Below, one piece after another: positions 27,918 through 32,000 of a DNA stretch of 32,000 bases (its first letter is position 1; each line of letters begins with the position of its first letter). The notes beneath the pieces are model-generated. The model saw only the letters and a list, made by a program, of their open reading frames with translations. It did not search any database and was not told the origin of the DNA. Where the stretch lies: positions 1 to 32,000 of the forward strand of contig CBDCNV010000002.1 in assembly GCA_965219535.1 (NCBI GenBank). Direction: 5' to 3'. Both the position numbers and the translations under genes were made by a program. The stretch comes from Opitutales bacterium. Its GTDB lineage: Bacteria > Verrucomicrobiota > Verrucomicrobiia > Opitutales > PNEW01.

Positions 27918-28103
27918 ATGTGGGAAACAATTGAAGCTATTAGCGTAACTATAGGGGGGACTTTATTAGCTCTATCTTTTTTATTTAGAGAGCTTAGTCT
28001 GGGAATTCCATACAAAAGATATATCATGTACTTGATATGGGGAATTCTGGGCTGGGGGCTTCTTCTTTTTTTCCTTTTATATCATTACGTTTCGGTTTCA
28101 TAA
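27918..28103 (+). CDS. Possible small two-TM membrane protein (61 aa)
   Basis: Two hydrophobic stretches, with AAGGGA 8 nt upstream of the ATG. AT-rich region, overlapped by an equally plausible antisense ORF, so weak. Confidence 0.25.
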   Translation: MWETIEAISVTIGGTLLALSFLFRELSLGIPYKRYIMYLIWGILGWGLLLFFLLYHYVSVS

Positions 28104-28266
28104 GCTTATTCCAAAAAGAAGTATCTCTAATTAAGAATGCAACCCCAAGGATAAGCATTATTTTCATAAAGACGATAACAGCCCTCGGGAAAGGCCAATC
28201 TGTTATATCCCCCTTGACCAATTTGGCCTCAAGGCCAAATAACAATACAAGGTGACCTGCTCCCGT

Positions 28267-29133
28267 TTACTGTACCAGAGCAAGTGTTAGTTCCGGCAGG
28301 GTGGTATGGGTTTTAACTTTCTTAGACATGGCTCTCTGGGCGTATTCGGCCGGAGGCCGATAGCCCAGAGAACTGTGTGGTCTTTGAGTATTATAATCAA
28401 GCCGCCAGGCTTCAAGTTTTTCTTTCGCTTCAGCGAGCGTACAAAATAGCTCGGTGTTAAGAAGTTCATCTCGTAAGCGTCCATTGAAGCTCTCAATATA
28501 ACCATTCTCTACGGGTTTACCTGGCCGGATAAAATCCAGCTTGATGCCATGGCCATAAGCCCATTCATCCAGTACTTTGCCGGAAAACTCGGGCCCATTA
28601 TCGACGGTAATGGTTTGGGGAAGACCGATTCCTGCAGCGGCTTTCATAAGTGCTGCAGCGACTTTGTGCCCACCGATGGACGTATCGACCAAAAGCAGTG
28701 GGCAAGCTCGGGTGTATTGATCGACAACGGTGAGTATGCGGAAGGGGCGGCCGTTGGTCAGCCGATCGCTCATAAAGTCCATCGACCAGCGCTCCTGGGC
28801 TGCTGAAGCCGCGGGCAGTGAGACCCGTCTTTGCGCGGCACGCTTCTTTCGTTTCTTCGTGCGCACTTCCAGCCCTTCGGCCTTGTAGATACGATAAACG
28901 CGTTTCTTTCCTACCGTCCAGCCTTCCCGCTTTAATAACACCGTGATTCGCCGATACCCGTAGCGCACGCGCGCTGCGGCGAGGTCACGGATGCGCATGA
29001 TCAGCGCACGTTCGTCCTTCTTCACCGGCTGGTAGTTATAACTCGACCAATACAACTTCATCAGCCTGCACGCGCGGCGTTTGCTCACCTCATAAGCTTC
29101 CACTAACCAGTCAGCAATCACCTTCTTGCGCAC
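28267..29133 (-). CDS. IS-B1 orfB, DDE (rve) transposase
   Basis: 288 aa. [41 protein letters not shown]. Confidence 0.9.
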   Translation of the reverse strand: MRKKVIADWLVEAYEVSKRRACRLMKLYWSSYNYQPVKKDERALIMRIRDLAAARVRYGYRRITVLLKREGWTVGKKRVYRIYKAEGLEVRTKKRKKRAAQRRVSLPAASAAQERWSMDFMSDRLTNGRPFRILTVVDQYTRACPLLLVDTSIGGHKVAAALMKAAAGIGLPQTITVDNGPEFSGKVLDEWAYGHGIKLDFIRPGKPVENGYIESFNGRLRDELLNTELFCTLAEAKEKLEAWRLDYNTQRPHSSLGYRPPAEYAQRAMSKKVKTHTTLPELTLALVQ

Positions 29134-29138
29134 AGGCT

Positions 29139-29411
29139 TTATAATTTTTTTGCGATTACTTCCTGCAGCATGTGCTTGTCCAGGCTCAGATCAGCTACCA
29201 GCTTCTTCAAACTGGCGTTCTCTTCATCGAGTTGCTTCAGCCGTCTTAATTCGCTCATTCCCATGCCCGCGTATTTACCCTTCCATCGGTGGTAGGTCTG
29301 TTCGCTCACGCCTAACTCTCGGCACACTTCGGCGATCCTTCGACCGCCTTCTACCTGCCTTAGGGCATAGATGATTTGTTCTTTATTATATCGTTTTCCT
29401 TTATTTTTCAT
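29139..29411 (-). CDS. IS-B1 orfA, HTH transposase subunit
   Basis: 90 aa. [22 protein letters not shown] plus a leucine-zipper-like tail. Confidence 0.9.
   Translation of the reverse strand: MKNKGKRYNKEQIIYALRQVEGGRRIAEVCRELGVSEQTYHRWKGKYAGMGMSELRRLKQLDEENASLKKLVADLSLDKHMLQEVIAKKL
29145..29151 (-). promoter_or_regulatory. A7 slippery run (putative programmed -1 frameshift site) of IS-B1
   Basis: T7 on the plus strand, at the end of orfA and overlapping the orfB frame. Confidence 0.55.
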
Positions 29412-29497
29412 GGGTGGTTCTTTCTCCTATTTTTTATTAGGTTTTCCACCCATGCCAGACTAAATCTTTGCTGGTCCAGTTTTACGGGGACAGGTCA

Positions 29498-30627
29498 GGT
29501 GGTATGGGTTTTAATTTGCTTAGATATGGCTCTTTTGGCGTATTCGGCTGAAGGCCGATAGCCCAGAGAGCTATGTGATTCTTGAGTATTATAATCAAGT
29601 CTCCAAGCTTCAAGTTTTTCTTTCGCTTCAGTCAGCTTATAAAATAGCGCCGTGTTAAGAAGTTCATCGCGTAAGCGTCCATTGAAACTCTCAATATAAC
29701 TATTCTCTACGGGTTTGCCTGGGCGAATAAAATCCAGCTTGAGGCCATGGCCATAAGCTCACTGATCCAGTACTTTGCCGACAAACTCGGGCCCATTATC
29801 GACGGTAATGGTTTGGGGAAGACCGATTCCTGCGGCGGTTTTGTGCCCACCGATGGACGTATCGACCAGAAGCAGTGGGCAAGCTCGAGTGTATTGATCG
29901 ACAATGATGAGAATGTGGACGGGGCGGTCATTGGTCAACCGATCGCTAATAAAGTCCATCGACCAGCGCTCCTGTGCAACTGAAGCCGCGGGCAGTGAGA
30001 CCCGCCTTTGCGTGGCACGCTTCTTTCGTTTCTTCCCTACTGACCAGCCTTCCCGCTATAATAACACCGTGATCCACCTATACCCGTAGCGTACACGGAC
30101 GGCGGCGAGGTTACGTATGCACGCTCGTCCTTCTTCACCAGCTGATAGTTATAACTCGACAAACACATCTGCATTAGCCTGAACACCCGGCAGTTGCTCA
30201 CCTCATAAGTTTCCACTAGCCGGTCAGCAATCACCTTCTTGCGTACAGGCTTTACCATTTCTTTGCGATAACTTCCTGTAGCATGGGCTTGTCCAAGCTT
30301 AGGTCAGCTACCAGCTTCTTCAAACTCGCGTTCTCTTCGTCGAGTTGCTTCAGCCGTCTTAATTCACTGATTCCCAGGCCCGCATATTTACCCTTCCAAC
30401 GGTGGTAGGTTTGTTCGCTTATCCCTAACTCTCGACACACTTCGACTGCCATCTACCTGCCTTGGGCCATTGATGATTTGTTCTTTATTATATCGTTTGT
30501 CAGGCCTTCTCGGCTATACCTCGTGAACCTTTGCTTTTCATGTGTGGTTCTTTCACCTATCATATATTAGGTTTTTCACCCATGCCAGATTAAATCTTTG
30601 CTGGTCCAGTTTTTCGGGGACAGGTCA
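29498..30627 (-). pseudogene. Degenerate second copy 'IS-B2' of the same IS, abutting IS-B1; lacks its orfB-side terminal repeat
   Basis: Collinear with IS-B1 from GGTGGTATGGGTTTTAA onward. There are several deletions, TGG>TGA at the LDEW position, a destroyed slippery run (AAAGAAA) and a 28-nt insertion in orfA. Its orfA-side end ...GGGGACAGGTCA is at 30627. Confidence 0.8.
30500..30527 (-). repeat. 28-nt mini-insertion (plus strand TCAGGCCTTCTC-GGCTATAC-CTCGTGAA) in IS-B2 orfA
   Basis: Absent from the otherwise collinear IS-B1 (29391-29415). Deleting it restores [14 protein letters not shown], compared with [14 protein letters not shown] in IS-B1. Confidence 0.85.
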
Positions 30628-30632
30628 GATAA

Positions 30633-30679
30633 ACAAATAACCCCTCTCTGTAAATAATACGATTTTTGGGATCACTCCA
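30633..30679 (-). mobile_element. Orphan orfA-side terminal repeat fragment of IS-A
   Basis: ATAACCCCTCTCTGTAAATAATACGATTTTTGGGATCACTCCA matches 11371-11417 (ATAACCTCTCTCTGTAAATGATACGATTTTTGGGGGTCACTCCA). Confidence 0.7.
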
Positions 30680-31250
30680 CTCGTTCGATGTGGGTGCCCA
30701 TTTATTGTGGGTAGATATATGCGAAGAAATCATTGCTGAACAACATGGACTTACTTTCAGCAATTGAAGAGTCAAGGGCTAACTATTGGAGCGATTCCGC
30801 GAAACACAAACGAGGTAGACTGACTTTACACGAGACAAGACGCGCAGTTGTTGGCGAAGCATTCTCGAGCTTGGGCATTGAGAATACGGAGTTATCAGAC
30901 AGGGTCGCAGATACCTTTTCGGAACGAAGGCTCAACTACGTAGTCTTATTTCCAATAGCAATCGAGGCTCATAAATTACTGCGGTTGGAGAGTAAAACCT
31001 AGGATTGGTCACGAACGGCTATTCTTGTGGTCAGAGAGCTAAGATCGATAAGTTTGGCTTGGCCAGCTATTTTGATGCTGTCATTATCGAAGGGGAAGTC
31101 CGATTCGGAAAGCCAGATGAGCGCATTTACCGCCGTGCAATTGAAACCCTTCAAGTAATGGTTGATGGGGTATGGTATGTCGGCGATAATTTCGAATGGG
31201 ATGTAGCGGCACCACAGGTAATGCGTATCTGGAGCGTCTGGAATGATTAA
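30680..31250 (+). pseudogene. HAD-superfamily (subfamily IA-like) hydrolase, N-terminus abutting the IS end, at least 2 frameshifts
   Basis: Three frames in succession: SFDVGAHLLWVD... (30681-), ...LHETRRAVVGEAF...HKLLRLESK (30733-30999), then NLGLVTNGYSCGQRAKIDKFGLASYFDAVIIEGEVRFGKPDERIYRRAIE...VWYVGDNFEWDV (30996-31250; HAD motifs II-IV). Confidence 0.6.
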
Positions 31251-31358
31251 TAAAGGTAAGGTGTGTCCCTGAAAGCAGCAATGTAAGACCAGATAGAATA
31301 ATAAACACGATAATCGAGCTTGATCGTCCCTAATGTTTATAAGAACACTGAGCAGGAA

Positions 31359-31894
31359 ATGAGGTGGCAAAAAATACACATAACCGGGGTTTCGGGCAGC
31401 GGGACCACTTCTCTGGGACGTGTCCTAGCGGCGCGTCTCGGGGTTCCGTTCTTCGATAGCGATGATTTTTACTGGAAACCAACATTACCTCCATACCAAG
31501 AAAAAGGAGTCCCAAGGAGCGGCTTGCTCTCATCCTCAACGAGCTACAGCAAAACGAATCACACATCCTCTCTGGATCGATCTGTAGATGGGACCCCCTG
31601 CTTGAGAAGTCCTTTGATGCTGTTGTTTATTTATCTGTTCGAACGGAGGTGAGAATCGCTAGACTAGAGGAGCATGAACAGGTAGAAGTCGGATTTGTGG
31701 ATAGCGAGTTCATAAATTGGGCTTCCAAATACGATACCGGGGAGATGGATATGCACAGTCGCATTTTGCACGAGAAGTGGTTGGAAGGCCGCACATGTCC
31801 CATCCTCAAGCTCGATGGAGAACGTTCCCTGTCGGAACTAATTGATGTGGTTATCAATGCAATGGCCGAACCAGGCGAGGGAGACAACGCCTGA
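31359..31894 (+). pseudogene. P-loop kinase / AAA-type small NTPase (adenylate-kinase-like fold) split by a 1-nt frameshift in an A-run
   Basis: MRWQKIHITGVSGSGTTSLGRVLAARLGVPFFDSDDFYW (Walker A) in one frame. ERLALILNELQQNESHILSGSICRWDPLLEKSFDAVVYLSV...continues in the frame of ORF 31649-31894. Adding one A to the A5 run at 31501-31505 joins them. Confidence 0.7.
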
Positions 31895-32000
31895 AGTTGT
31901 ACCTCCCCTTAAACATTAGTCACACAGTGACCCACGTGTCAGCCATCTTTTTCGATTTGCAGGTTACACTTGGAGGTGATAGTCTTCGCGACATCACGTC

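Larger units (their letters stand above)
28253..29497 (-). mobile_element. IS3-family insertion sequence 'IS-B1' (1245 bp), apparently intact
   Basis: Terminal inverted repeats TGACCTGCTCCCGTTTACTGTACCAGAGCAAG... (28253) and TGACCTGTCCCCGTAAAACTGGACCAGCAAAG... (reverse complement at 29497). TG...CA ends, orfA + orfB with an A7 slippery run. Confidence 0.85.

Noticed and set aside
28024-28245. 73-aa minus-strand ORF overlapping the 27918-28103 plus-strand ORF.
   Set aside because: The two overlap each other in an AT-rich spacer, so at most one can be real. Neither has a motif. The plus-strand one is listed at low confidence only because it has a purine-rich stretch upstream.

Overview
The window has three zones. 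All domain calls come from motifs read by eye; I ran no database search, alignment or structure prediction.

(1) 1-8570, ordinary catabolic DNA. It starts with a sulfatase 5' fragment. An 8-gene minus-strand operon follows: TPP-dependent acetoin-dehydrogenase-like E1alpha/E1beta/E2, a VOC protein, a BudC-like SDR, an amidohydrolase, a D-2-hydroxyacid dehydrogenase and a Gfo/Idh/MocA oxidoreductase. A Fur-like regulator that lacks the usual metal ligands is transcribed divergently from it.

(2) 8852-30679, a heavily IS-scarred genomic island beginning at tRNA-Pro(UGG).
- A tyrosine integrase is cut off by an IS3-family element (IS-A).
- The other end of IS-A abuts a 5'-truncated type I R-M methylase (hsdM).
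- The hsdM stop overlaps (TAATG) the start of a 2151-aa ORF. This ORF has an N-terminal PD-(D/E)xK (Cap4/DUF4297-like, D..QxK) nuclease signature, a central STAND-type P-loop NTPase, and a C-terminal extension of about 1650 aa that appears mostly helical. It is the best candidate in the window for a novel or divergent single-gene antiviral STAND (Avs-like) defence system. It sits between two directly oriented IS-A copies.
- Downstream is about 4 kb of almost ORF-free mosaic DNA. It holds several small repeat families, five tandem 15-16-nt iteron-like repeats and gene remnants.
- Next come two tandem paralogous secreted double-Cache proteins and an IS1-like transposase.
- A 3-gene Panacea (DUF4065) toxin-antitoxin-like operon follows. 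Its putative toxin gene carries a perfect 183-bp in-frame tandem duplication.
- The island ends with nested IS3-family elements (IS-B1 in IS-B2 in an IS-A end).
- Two different IS3-family orfA genes carry near-identical 27/28-nt hairpin-like insertions that introduce in-frame TGA codons.

(3) 30680-32000. This zone holds a frameshifted HAD hydrolase and a P-loop kinase. Their frameshifts fall in A-runs.
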